A stretch of 64,000 nucleotides of DNA from an uncultured Poribacteria bacterium. Its GTDB lineage: Bacteria > Poribacteria > WGA-4E > WGA-3G. The stretch covers positions 2,176,001 to 2,240,000 of the forward strand of contig OX638351.1 in NCBI GenBank assembly GCA_951813565.1, read 5' to 3'. A program made the position numbers and the translations under genes. The notes beneath the pieces were generated by a model that saw only the letters and a list, made by a program, of their open reading frames with translations, did no database searches and had not been told where the DNA came from. Numbering within the stretch: position 1 is the first letter of the stretch; each line of letters starts with the position of its first letter. Positions 10,671-21,038 of this stretch are shown in pieces.

Positions 10671-13580
10671 CTAATCCACTTTAACGGAAGCTAATGATTC
10701 ATCAATTTTTAGAGGTTTTTCCTCAAGCAAAATATGGAAAATCCCACGCTGTTTTGTAGCAATATAAAGTTTGCCACTACTCACCGCTACAGATAGCACT
10801 TTATCAGGGATACTTGAAGAGATCTGATCCCACTTATTATTAGAATCTAAGCGATAAATACCCATATCCCCAACACCATATAAACTTAATCCGTCCACAG
10901 CGAGTTTATCTATGACGATATGTCTTCCAACATTATCGGTGAGCATACGCCAATATTCGCCCGTTTGCGAACATAAGACACCTTTATCTGTTGCCACATA
11001 AACTTTCATATTCGCAAGGACGATATCCTTAATATGGGTGAAGGTTGAGGGTAGACTCAACGTTATATCCCTCCAACTTTCTCCGCCATTGATGGATTGG
11101 AATAGTTTCCCATCTCGTTTGCCAACATAGACGGTTTGTGACGAAGCAGCTATCTTGAACCCAATATCCATTTCATTATCAGGGTGGTTGTTTGTATCAA
11201 TCAAGCCGGTGTCCGTAAATACTAAACTGTCCGTATTCCATTTTAAAAGCCGTTTATCGTATGCTATGAAAAGTGTATTATTTTCAGTGAATTCTATATT
11301 CTGTTTGCCTCCAGAGAACAGCGTAGTGGACGATGATTTGACGTTTTTCCACAGTTCCCGAGATGAGACCCTTTGAATCATTGAAAACGTAGCTTCACCT
11401 ATGCGTAAACGGAAAATGTCTAAATCCTCACCTTGCGGTGAAATTAGATAAAGAGATTCGCCAACAGTCACAAACTTGGAATCAGTAAGATGATGTACAT
11501 AAGACCCTAACTGTCCAAGCTGTTCGGATATGAACTGCCCGTAATCAAAACGCACTGGCACCCATATTTTCTCGTTATTCATCGTTTCATAAATGTCGCT
11601 ACCTGTATATACATAGAGTCGATTGTTAAATACAATCAACTCTTGGACATCTGTTCCTACAATTCCATTCATGAAAGAGTGCCACGTTGTGCCACTATCA
11701 ACTGTGCGATGAATGCTGAACTTATCCAATTTGTAAAAAGTATTCTCATCTGTCGCTATAACTGTAGCATGTGCTGACGGTGTCGATGTTGCGTCAAATC
11801 CAAGGTTTGTCCACGTTTGTCCTGCATCTGTTGATTGGAAAGTTGGAATACCTAAAACGAATAACGTAGGACCTTTTGCTATAATACGAGTTGGGCTTGC
11901 AGGTGATGTGCCTATCATGAAATATTTATCTTTAGGCGTTATATCAGTCCATGTCCTGCCGAGATTCGTTGAGTGGGATATTTTACGAGTCCCTCTGTTC
12001 TTTGCATCGGAAAAGTCATTGATAAGAAAATCTTGCCCCGTTGCTACATAAAGGTTATTCTCATCAACTGCCAATGCATGGACTGTATTGGCAGTATCAT
12101 CCACCACAGATAATCGTTCCAAATCACCTAAAATCAAGCGATAAAGCCCTTGGTTTGTGCCAATAAACACAGCATCACCCATCGCGGCGATTGCTGTTAT
12201 CTTTTTATCTGTCAAGCTATCATTAAGTGGAGTCCACTTTCTACCAGCATCGGTAGACCGAAATACCCCTTTATCCTGTGTGGCAATATACATGACAAAA
12301 TTTGTGCGTGATTGTCGTTCGGATGTTTTGCCTCTTATGACCAAACCGATAGGTTCCCCAATTGGACGGGAAGAAAATACCTGCCATGAAATGCCATCAT
12401 CAGTTGACGTGTATATATTATCGCTACCAACAACATATAGCGTATCCTGATATTCAGCGATTGGCGCCCCGATGATACTTGTAGGTATGCTTGTGCTGAT
12501 TTTTCTCCATGATGTCGTGCCTTTGCTTAATCTGTAAACACCAGTCCATGAAAATGCGTAGAGATTACCATTTGAGGTAGCAAAGATATTATAGACAGGA
12601 TCTCCTTGCGGCCCATTTGTCTGTTCCCATCCCGATGATAAATACGTAACATTCTCGCGTGCATTATTTACTAAGACCGCTTCAGATACCTGTGATTTAT
12701 CACCATCAACATTACCATCATTAACACGCTTCCCTACTTGATTACGCAAGGCAGGTTTTGAGACAATATCAACGTGTATAGGAGATTCAACAATTTCAAT
12801 CGTTGGTTCTGATTGGGCATTAAAGTCATAAGGTTTTTGAATAAGACTCAGGCGTTGACTCATCACACCCAGCAATAATATAACTATAACCGCAGCAGTG
12901 CCAAGAGCCATCCATGGTAGTAATGGTTTTGCTACCTATGGTGTCGGTTTTATGTCTGAAATCTGCTTCATGATGCTCTCGGTTAGATCTGTAGATAGCT
13001 GTAAACCGCCAAATGCTTCAGAAATCAAGAGATGTTCTTCCGCTTCTAATCGGTTTCTTGCCCGATGCAGTCTACTTTTGATGGTGTTGGCGGATACACC
13101 TAAGAAATTACCTATATCCTTTACGGACATCTCACTGAGATAATAGAGGATAATGACAGTACGTTCACTCTCCGGCAATTTTTCCAATAGTTTCTTGACG
13201 ACTTCGCGGTAATGTTCTCTAATTTCTGTCATACGTTGTTCTGATTGGTATTGTGTATGATAGGTTCTATTTCTTTCTTCAATCGGGATATCTTCCAAGA
13301 ACGGCGTCGCGTCTTTATTTCTTTGTAGCCAATTGAAGCACAGTCGATTCACAATCACATAAACCCATCCATCAAACAGTTTTGGATTCTTTAGTTTGGA
13401 CAGGTTTTTGTATACCTGGATGAAGGTATCTTGTGTTATCTCTTCGGCGATATGGTAGTCTCCAATCTTCCGCCAAGCGAGGGCGTGGATTCTCTTCTGA
13501 TACTTATGTACTAATAGGCTAAATGCCTCCTCTTCACCAGTCAAAATCCTGTGTATCAGTTGGACAATGTTATTTTCCAT
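10671..13580 (-). pseudogene. ECF sigma factor - TM - BNR/beta-propeller fusion, split by one in-frame TAG (12936-12938)
   Basis: Sigma regions 2/4 (AEEITQDTF, TIKSRLHRARNRL) read ..KPTP*VAKPLLPWMALG.. in frame with the 746-aa ORF, which carries S.D.G.TW Asp-box repeats. Confidence 0.8.
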
Positions 13581-13633
13581 ATTGCTACCTCGTTATTATC
13601 CTCGGGCATGTAGGACCCGATACGGGAGTACTT

Positions 13634-14214
13634 TTACTCCATATCCTGCGGCTTATAATATTCTCGTTCAAACTCAAAAAAATCATCGGGAAAATCAACG
13701 AGTGGTGTTAGCTTATCACAAACGAGGAGAAAATATCATCTAACGGTCTGAATCGGTTTGACATCTCATCAAGAGGAACTCCTGGTGAGTCAACCAGCGT
13801 TAACTTATACTGGTATTGAGGCTTTTGGGATAAGTCACCTGCATTCAGAACTTTGAAGAGTGTTGTCGTCCGGTTAATATCCTTGTGTTTACGATACCGT
13901 TGAGCACTATATTCAAGATCCGCTTTGAGATATTCTTTTTCATAACGTTCTATGTCTACTTCAGAAATCGATCGACCAGAAGTAAAGCGCTGCAATTCCT
14001 TCTCCTTTTCCGTTTTGATCCATTCAGTGATCTCTTCCTCAGTCATTCGCGCTTCACTTTCTTTCAACGTTTTGGAATAAGCTTCACCGCTTTTGATTAT
14101 AAGCCGTGCCTTGTTCACACCGTTGATCAATTCTTCAACGGATATGTCCGCTAACGAGGATAAAGAAACGAAAAACAATAATGTTATAATAATTGTGATT
14201 GCGTTTCTATACAA
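13634..14214 (-). pseudogene. Degenerate paralog of 16418..17431 (frameshift plus internal deletion)
   Basis: N-terminus matches the paralog (DISVEELINGVNK, QYKLTLVD). After a 1-nt shift it reads LLVCDKLTPLVDFPDDFFEFEREYYKPQDME*, matching the paralog C-terminus with about 150 aa missing. Confidence 0.75.
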
Positions 14215-14282
14215 GGTTTATCTCCTATTCCAATTTTTTGTTGAGAGGATTTGCTCAAAATGTGATGCGTCCGGTTGATGCC

Positions 14283-16316
14283 TTAGTTCTCTAATATCTC
14301 TCCATGAATGTAGACGAAGTGGGTGGCTTTCTGACCTTTATGTTCATAATCTACCATAAGGTATTGATTAAATTTCCCAACAGGAAAGGTAGGCATAAAT
14401 TGTAGATTTGCATGCGGAATACCACTCTTTGTCTCCAATGTTGCCTTAATATGTTCTGAGTCGGTTCTCACCCCCAGTAGTTTCGTATTCTTTTGTAAGT
14501 GTATCGAAACCCGCTTGGTTATAGGTTGTTCGGGAAGCAACTTTTTTTGCCCGAACGCAACCAGTTCAGGTAACGTTTTGAGCGGTGTAAATGCTTGTCC
14601 TGTAAGTGTAAATGTCAGTGTGTTCTGTATCGGGTCATCCGTATGTAAGTATATGTATTCTTGCATCATTCCGTTTCCAGGATATATTTTCATGGTCGCT
14701 AAAACTGTACCTATTTCCCCAGGTAGAATTTCATTTTGTGACAGGACGGTTGCGGTGCATGCACACGTTTCTGTAATGTCAAGAATATTCAACGGTTTTT
14801 GACCGATGTTCTTGACAGCAAAAGTGTGTTGAACTTCACTGCCACCGAACGCTCTTCCGAAGTTGAAAACTGGTTCGTCTGCGTAGATTAGCGGCACCTG
14901 CATAGGTATCGCTTGTTGACCGTCTATCTTATCAAAGACAAGCAGTTCACCATTCCATATCTTTGAGATTTCCGCCCAAGTAAGATACGGATAATATTTG
15001 TAAAAAGGATCAACGACTTTCACACCGTCCCTATCTGCAGATTCAAAGATAAGAAAGTGATTGGTATCAACATGAGTTATAGCTGGCAACGACACCAAAT
15101 TTCGTTTCAGCGAATCCAGTGATGTCTCTACACTTGTTAGCGGTATACCTTTGGCAATAGCAGCCTTGCTCAATCCTTTCATCGTAGTGCCTTGTGCTGG
15201 ATCGAAATCTGACAGCCGCTTAAGTTCTTGAATATCCGTTTCAACCTTTAACAATTTACAATAGTGCGATAGACTGTTTAGACCGCTCAGCAGAAGCCTC
15301 TCAGAGGAAGGTGATGGTTGTCCGGTTCTTCGGGGTCTATATTGATTTCTATCTATTTTAAAGAAATCTTTCGGAAAATCTACATTAAATTCTGCAGAAG
15401 CGATCTTGTTGGTAACACGTTCACGTATTGATCCATCTTTTTCATAGTAGGTTTCTTCTATACGCATAGGATACCATATTTCATTGAATTTCTGAAAGTC
15501 TTTGTTCTCTACACGATAAGATATAGGGTCTTCATCAGTGGTACCGAAAGATTCAAACTTGCGTATACAATAGCGAAGGGATTTATCCACCCAAATTCTG
15601 TTTTTTTGCTCGTACACGTTCGTGAATTCCAAAACAATACATTCAGCGCCATCAATGTTTTCTTTTTTTACGAGTTGTGTATCACTTGGCACTTTATGAA
15701 ACGATCTTCCAAATAGCGAAAAAGGCGTATATCCATACCATACATTAGAATCCTCAATCTCGACTGAATTACTGGGAGATATCAGGTTTCCAACAGCTTG
15801 TCTTACTTGAGTTTGACGGTCATAAGCAAGGAGGATCGTTTCACTGGCATGGTGATTCTGTGCTACTTCACTATCCAAAGAATGTCCTGGTGACCTCTCG
15901 AATGTTAGTTTATATTGAAAAAGTTTAGGGAAGGAAGCGGAGTCTGGTTCGATAATCTGAAATAGCGTTGTTTTGTGTTCGACTTCTGTGTGCTTACGCT
16001 GCCAATTAGCGAAGTAATTCTGTTTCGGTATGAGATACTCTTTCTCAAACGTTTCCTTGTCAACGCCTTCATGTGGCACATAACTTTTTAGCTCATCTTC
16101 TATACTCTTTTTGATAGATTCGGCAATTTCTTCTTCCGTTTTCCGAGCAGCGTTTTCAGTCGATATTTCTGCTTGGACTTCGCCACTTTTGATGTCCCAG
16201 CGTGCCAAATTTACGCGCTGGATGAGTTCGTATGTGGGTATGTCTGCTGCGTGGCACAATGTGTTAATGGAAAGAAGCATATTAATGATGACACTGGCAA
16301 AAACATATCTATGCAT
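14283..16316 (-). CDS. Secreted protein: LolA-like/sorting domain + C39-peptidase-like domain + DUF1573 Ig-like domain
   Basis: Signal peptide; RIWVD..YP..FNVDFPKDFF; GTTMKGL..HVDTNHF..VDP..IWNG; FNFG..F.VKNIG..CACT..ILPGE.G. Confidence 0.65.
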   Translation of the reverse strand: MHRYVFASVIINMLLSINTLCHAADIPTYELIQRVNLARWDIKSGEVQAEISTENAARKTEEEIAESIKKSIEDELKSYVPHEGVDKETFEKEYLIPKQNYFANWQRKHTEVEHKTTLFQIIEPDSASFPKLFQYKLTFERSPGHSLDSEVAQNHHASETILLAYDRQTQVRQAVGNLISPSNSVEIEDSNVWYGYTPFSLFGRSFHKVPSDTQLVKKENIDGAECIVLEFTNVYEQKNRIWVDKSLRYCIRKFESFGTTDEDPISYRVENKDFQKFNEIWYPMRIEETYYEKDGSIRERVTNKIASAEFNVDFPKDFFKIDRNQYRPRRTGQPSPSSERLLLSGLNSLSHYCKLLKVETDIQELKRLSDFDPAQGTTMKGLSKAAIAKGIPLTSVETSLDSLKRNLVSLPAITHVDTNHFLIFESADRDGVKVVDPFYKYYPYLTWAEISKIWNGELLVFDKIDGQQAIPMQVPLIYADEPVFNFGRAFGGSEVQHTFAVKNIGQKPLNILDITETCACTATVLSQNEILPGEIGTVLATMKIYPGNGMMQEYIYLHTDDPIQNTLTFTLTGQAFTPLKTLPELVAFGQKKLLPEQPITKRVSIHLQKNTKLLGVRTDSEHIKATLETKSGIPHANLQFMPTFPVGKFNQYLMVDYEHKGQKATHFVYIHGEILEN

Positions 16317-16417
16317 TTGAATTCTCCTTAGTTTTGATTATGTTGTATACGTTCTGTAGGAGGGACTCCGATTCCCAAATACAATATCGTCGCGATTCGG
16401 AGATCGATCCTACGGGT

Positions 16418-17431
16418 TTATTGGCTAAATATAAAATCCAGCGGTTTATAGAAATCCCTATCAATATCAAAAAATTCTTCGGGAAAACTAACGTTGAAAT
16501 CTGCATCAATTACTTCAACCGTATAACGATTCCGCAACGACCCATCTTGAAAATAGGAAGTGCCTATATAGATTTCGGGATACCAAACTTTTCCATATTT
16601 TTTGTACGCTTTATAAACACTCCGCCAACTAACATTTTTAGTTTTTGGATGTAGAAGTTCATACTGACGGACAGCAAAATCCTTTTTAGGATCAATCCGC
16701 AATCGAACTTGACCTCTTGTGGAGTCATAGGTGATGATACGACAATCCACACCTTCTATCTTTTCTTCACCAATTTCTTTAGCGTCTGATGGAACACGAT
16801 CAGGTGATCTGCCAAACAGAGCAAATTTCCTATAACCGCCGTGATAATCGGAATCATAAAAACTTACCGAACCCCGAGCACTCCACGAATGGACAATGTT
16901 TCCTATATTTTGTTTCACCTGTGTACGCGTATCAAAAGCAAGTAGATAGATATTATCTGACGGCGTAAACAGTTCAGACATTCTGTCCATGGGATGCCCT
17001 GGTGTATCCACCAACGTTAACTTATATTGATTTTGTCTTGGGACTGTCTCATCATCTGGATTAAATATGCGGAAGATTGTTGTTGTAAGCTCTGTGTCTG
17101 TGTGTTCACGATAATGATTTGCCCTGGAGTTCAGATAAGGTATGAGCCATTCTGTTTCATACTGTTCTTCATCAACATCCTGATCAGATTCACGCGATTT
17201 GTATTCTAAATATCCCTTTTTCTTTTCCGCCTTCATCCATTCAGTGATCTCGTCTTCAGTTTTTTCAGCAGGATAGAGTGTTGTCGTTTTGGAATAGACT
17301 TCACCGCTCAGAATCTTTATCCGATGCTTGTTGATGCCGCGTATGAGTTCTTCTATTGAGATGTCTTCTGCATAGTTAAAGTTGTAGCAGCAGAATAAGA
17401 TTAGAAGAGTCGTAATTATCTTTCTATACAT
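16418..17431 (-). CDS. Secreted LolA-like/outer-membrane lipoprotein-sorting domain protein
   Basis: Signal peptide; paralog of the N-terminal half of 14283..16316. Confidence 0.55.
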   Translation of the reverse strand: MYRKIITTLLILFCCYNFNYAEDISIEELIRGINKHRIKILSGEVYSKTTTLYPAEKTEDEITEWMKAEKKKGYLEYKSRESDQDVDEEQYETEWLIPYLNSRANHYREHTDTELTTTIFRIFNPDDETVPRQNQYKLTLVDTPGHPMDRMSELFTPSDNIYLLAFDTRTQVKQNIGNIVHSWSARGSVSFYDSDYHGGYRKFALFGRSPDRVPSDAKEIGEEKIEGVDCRIITYDSTRGQVRLRIDPKKDFAVRQYELLHPKTKNVSWRSVYKAYKKYGKVWYPEIYIGTSYFQDGSLRNRYTVEVIDADFNVSFPEEFFDIDRDFYKPLDFIFSQ

Positions 17432-17494
17432 GTTAATTACCTCATCATTTTACTTTGCAATCTACATTTGTAGTTAGTCTTTTAGAGAGTGATT

Positions 17495-18280
17495 CTACTC
17501 AATACCCTTTGCACATCTGAAACCGATGTTGTAATATCTATATGAAGGTGGATGTGCTACGCGATGGGTAGAACGCAGATGCAATCGGATAGAATTCCAT
17601 CCACCGCCTCGAACAGCTTTTTTATCTTTATCATGTATATTATCCGCGCACCATTCAGCAACATTACCTGCCATATCCAGCACACCATAAGGGCTTGCAC
17701 CATCTGGATAACTCCCAACAGGAGACACCTTTTCGTGATGTGGAAAATAATTAAGTTTGGAAAAATCAAAATCGTTACCCCACGGATAGAGGCGTGCATC
17801 AGTACCTCTGGCAGCCTTCTCCCATTCTGCCTCGGTCGGTAGGCGTTTGCCTGCCCATACAGCATAAGCAGATGCCTCATACCAACTTACCCCAATAATG
17901 GGATGGTCGGGTTCTCGTGATACAGAATTTCTCTCAAAACCGAGTGGTTTGTCAATCCGATACTTTTTCTTTGATGGATAACTATAGCGAAATCGTTCCT
18001 TCTGAATGAAATCCCAACCTTCTTCTGTCCAGTACTCTTGTTTATTGTATCCATCTGCTAAGATAAATGCTTGAAATTCGGCGTTTGTAACTTCGTGTTT
18101 GTCAATGTAAAAAGCCTCTACATTTACTTTACGTGCGGGGCGTTGATCCTCAGGTGCGTTAGGATTGTCTGTGCCCATCGTAAACTCACCTGCGGATATC
18201 AGCACCATCTCTTCCGGTGGTTCGCTCATTGCAAGTCCTGGCGCTATGATTAGAAATAGTAAGAGGACAAATCTTTTCAT
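17495..18280 (-). CDS. FGE-sulfatase (SUMF1/EgtB/PvdO) domain secreted protein
   Basis: F.MG, EVTNAEF, PIIGVSWYEA, RLPTEAEWEKAARG, DMAGNVAEW, RGGGW, IGFRC. Lacks the FGE catalytic cysteine pair. Confidence 0.9.
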   Translation of the reverse strand: MKRFVLLLFLIIAPGLAMSEPPEEMVLISAGEFTMGTDNPNAPEDQRPARKVNVEAFYIDKHEVTNAEFQAFILADGYNKQEYWTEEGWDFIQKERFRYSYPSKKKYRIDKPLGFERNSVSREPDHPIIGVSWYEASAYAVWAGKRLPTEAEWEKAARGTDARLYPWGNDFDFSKLNYFPHHEKVSPVGSYPDGASPYGVLDMAGNVAEWCADNIHDKDKKAVRGGGWNSIRLHLRSTHRVAHPPSYRYYNIGFRCAKGIE

Positions 18281-18345
18281 TGTTTTGCTCCTTATATTTA
18301 ATAAATTAGTTCAGTAAGATAGAAACATTTTGTGCGTGTGATATT

Positions 18346-18380
18346 AAAGACACAGTTTTTGTTCTACAGGTTGCATAAAA
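18346..18380 (-). promoter_or_regulatory. Candidate ECF-sigma promoter
   Basis: TTTTATGCAACCT-N16-GTCTTT; same motif at 35251-35286. Confidence 0.5.
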
Positions 18381-18463
18381 GGGAAAAAATACGTGTTTTC
18401 TTGTCTCAATCTATCAAAATTTTTCATATTATTCACTCTATTCCAAATTATACTAAGGCTATT

Positions 18464-18673
18464 TATAGTAGATTTTAGAATTACTTGGACACTCTGCACC
18501 AGCGAGGTTAGAAAATCTCGCCTACCGGTGTGAATGTAAGAGGCGACAAATCATGCAGGATACCATAAGCATATTCTGCCACGCGCATTTGGCGTTGATT
18601 TGGCAATGAATTGAGCGACTACAAACGCGGCAAATACTAAGAAATGTTCACTTAATTTTATAATTCACTATAG
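18464..18673. mobile_element. MITE-like element (related copy at about 5376-5525)
   Basis: Imperfect TIRs TATAGTAGATTTTAGAATTA / TAATTTTATAATTCACTATA. Internal GAATGTAAGAG..GCAATGA.TTG.GCGACTACAAACGC is shared with 5441-5479. Confidence 0.5.
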
Positions 18674-18882
18674 TTTTCAATACACATTCCGCATCATCTT
18701 TGCTACTGTCTATACAAATCTGCAGATCAGTGCTTTCTTGCTATTTCACACGCTAAATTGACACCTATGGTGGGTTTCATGCTTCAACTCAACCTATAAT
18801 TAATTCAACAGAAACCATACACACTATTAAACCATATTTTCCTTGCACGCTTCATACAATATATGTTAGAATTAGGGTTATT

Positions 18883-19344
18883 GTGAAAGAAGATAAAAAA
18901 TCTCCGCAGAACGCAACGATTACTGTCAATCGGAAAGCACGCCATGACTATCATCTGCGTGATCGGTATGAGGCAGGCATCGTTTTGCAGGGGACTGAAG
19001 TAAAAGCAATTAGAAACGGACAGTTTAACCTAACCGATAGTTACGCGCAAATAACAGATGGAGAGGTGTTCCTCGTTGATGCATTTATCGGTTTATATGA
19101 TCAGGGAAATCGGATGAATCATGAACCGAAACGCACCCGTAAACTGTTGCTGCATCGTAGCGAAATAAAAAAACTGGAACGGTTAATTCAGTCAAAAGGA
19201 ATGACTCTAATTCCTACACGTGCCTACTTCAACGGCGGCAAGGTGAAATTAGAGTTAGCGGTCGCAGAAGGGAAGAGATTTTACGACAAGCGCGATAAAA
19301 TTGAGCGCGAACACGCGAACCGAGAAATACGAACATATTCATAA
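18883..19344 (+). CDS. smpB: SsrA-binding protein
   Basis: NRKARHDY, EAGIVLQGTEVKAIR, RKLLLH and GKRFYDKR motifs. Confidence 0.97.
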   Translation: MKEDKKSPQNATITVNRKARHDYHLRDRYEAGIVLQGTEVKAIRNGQFNLTDSYAQITDGEVFLVDAFIGLYDQGNRMNHEPKRTRKLLLHRSEIKKLERLIQSKGMTLIPTRAYFNGGKVKLELAVAEGKRFYDKRDKIEREHANREIRTYS

Positions 19345-19362
19345 CTCACAAAAGTAAATTTT

Positions 19363-19712
19363 GGGGGTGAACTTGGTTTCGACGGAGGTAATTGCGATAC
19401 AGGTTGCATGTCGAGGTCTCCGCAGGCCTCGTTAAATAGGCGGAACAATTATAATTGCTGATCAAGAATTAGCACTAGCTGCCTAAGCAGCTACGCTTGG
19501 CCGACCTGTTTCCCGTCAGGGAAGCTAAAGCGCCGCAATACGGGATAGCGGTTTGATTGTTCTCAAGGACCATTCCGTGAACCTAAATTTGAGATAGCCT
19601 CCATGAATCCCGCATAGGGGAGTCTGGACAGCGAAATTCAAAACCTGTGATAAGCATGTAGTAACCTCTATCAATATACTTTCGGACGCGGGTTCGATTC
19701 CCGCCACCTCCA
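19363..19712 (+). ncRNA. ssrA: tmRNA
   Basis: 5' GGGGGTG..GGTTTCGAC and 3' GACGCGGGTTCGATTCCCGCCACCTCCA with a G3-U acceptor pair. Tag ORF at 19457-19486 encodes ADQELALAA*. Adjacent to smpB. Confidence 0.96.
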
Positions 19713-19818
19713 TCACCAATTGACACAAATTTGCGTATCCCCAGTAGGCGAGGTTTCAAACCGCGCCTACCAAGAATCTTTATATATTTCTGACTTTACA
19801 ATGACGGGACGAAGCACG

Positions 19819-20199
19819 ATGGCTGATTTTGAAAATCTACCCATCCGCATTCAACGGATTGCCAAAGCAGAACTACAACCTGATGAACAGATATGTTTGT
19901 GTGTCCTCGGACGCTCCTCACTGCTGCGCCCAGATTTCGTTTTGATTACCACGTTACGGGTGCTTATCTTAAACGAAAGAAATATGGGGAGCCTCGCTAT
20001 CTCTTACGCGAATATCCGATGTAATGTGTTTTTTAGCGAAATTAGCAATGTGAAACTTGCCCGACTTTTGAAGCATCGGTTTCTTGGACAAGCACGACTT
20101 GAAATTGACGTCAAACGTAATAGTTTTTGGATTGATAACATGAGTTTGCGTGATGCACGGCGTGCCCATCAACTTATCGCCGAACAGATACAGAGGTAA
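19819..20199 (+). CDS. Hypothetical protein, bacterial PH-domain-like
   Basis: L.PDEQI..LITTLRVLI..FSEISNV pattern; abuts the next gene. Confidence 0.5.
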   Translation: MADFENLPIRIQRIAKAELQPDEQICLCVLGRSSLLRPDFVLITTLRVLILNERNMGSLAISYANIRCNVFFSEISNVKLARLLKHRFLGQARLEIDVKRNSFWIDNMSLRDARRAHQLIAEQIQR

Positions 20200-20201
20200 A
20201 T

Positions 20202-20987
20202 ATGGGTTTTTGGACTTACCTAACTGTAACATATAATGTATGGTTTACTGCACCACTTGCTGTCGTATTTCTGTTTGCAATTTTTCGGCTTATCCTTGGT
20301 GGTTTGGACTTTGGAGATGCCGATGTAGATGCTGACGTGGATGCGGATGTGGACTTTGATGTGGATGCGGACGTAGACTTTGACGTTGACGCCGATGTAG
20401 ACTTTGATGTTGACGCTGACGTGGATGTCGACGTTGATGCTGATGTAGACATGGACGTTGATGCTGACGTGGATGCCGATACTGATATAAGTGCAGATTC
20501 CGGTGTAAGCGGTAACACTTTTGTTGACGTATTGGGATTTCTGAACGTAGGGAGAGTCCCCTTTATGGTTGTGGTGATGACACTCTTTACCACGTGGGGT
20601 TTCACAGGCTTAATCGTCAATGAAATCTTGAATGTCAACGCTGCACCAAGCCCGTTCTTTTGGATATCTTGCTCAGCTGCGCTTGTCTGTAGTGTTTTAG
20701 GCACTCGCTATCTATCGCTTACACTCTCAAAGATTTTTCCTGAAAGTGATCCTCCTACAAAGGATCTTCACCTACTCGGGTTGCGAGGTAGAGTGCTTAG
20801 TGGTCAAATTACTACGACATTTGGCACCGCAAGGGTAGAAGTTCCGGATGGTCATACGTTAACGGTGAAGTGCCGTGTTAATCCAGATGAACCCAATCCA
20901 GTAAAGGGCGATATTGTAATTCTAATCAACTATGATCCTGAGAAACGCATATTTGATGTAAAACCTGTAGAAGCGGAATTGCACTAA
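20202..20987 (+). CDS. NfeD/YqiJ-like membrane protein with (D-x)n repeat
   Basis: LGFLNVGRVPF, TM helices and a C-terminal OB fold; directly upstream of flotillin. Confidence 0.8.
   Translation: MGFWTYLTVTYNVWFTAPLAVVFLFAIFRLILGGLDFGDADVDADVDADVDFDVDADVDFDVDADVDFDVDADVDVDVDADVDMDVDADVDADTDISADSGVSGNTFVDVLGFLNVGRVPFMVVVMTLFTTWGFTGLIVNEILNVNAAPSPFFWISCSAALVCSVLGTRYLSLTLSKIFPESDPPTKDLHLLGLRGRVLSGQITTTFGTARVEVPDGHTLTVKCRVNPDEPNPVKGDIVILINYDPEKRIFDVKPVEAELH
20316..20486 (+). repeat. Coding (Asp-x)28 repeat
   Basis: DADVDADVDADVDFDV...; synonymous codons vary between units. Confidence 0.9.
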
Positions 20988-21038
20988 ATGCCGATTCCTG
21001 TTCTTAACCTGATACCATCAGTAAAGGAGATATGAAAA

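Noticed and set aside
19525..19728. 67-aa minus-strand ORF
   Set aside because: Antisense to tmRNA.
20216..20704. Ser/Thr-rich antisense ORF (STSAST...)
   Set aside because: Shadow of the Asp repeat on the opposite strand.
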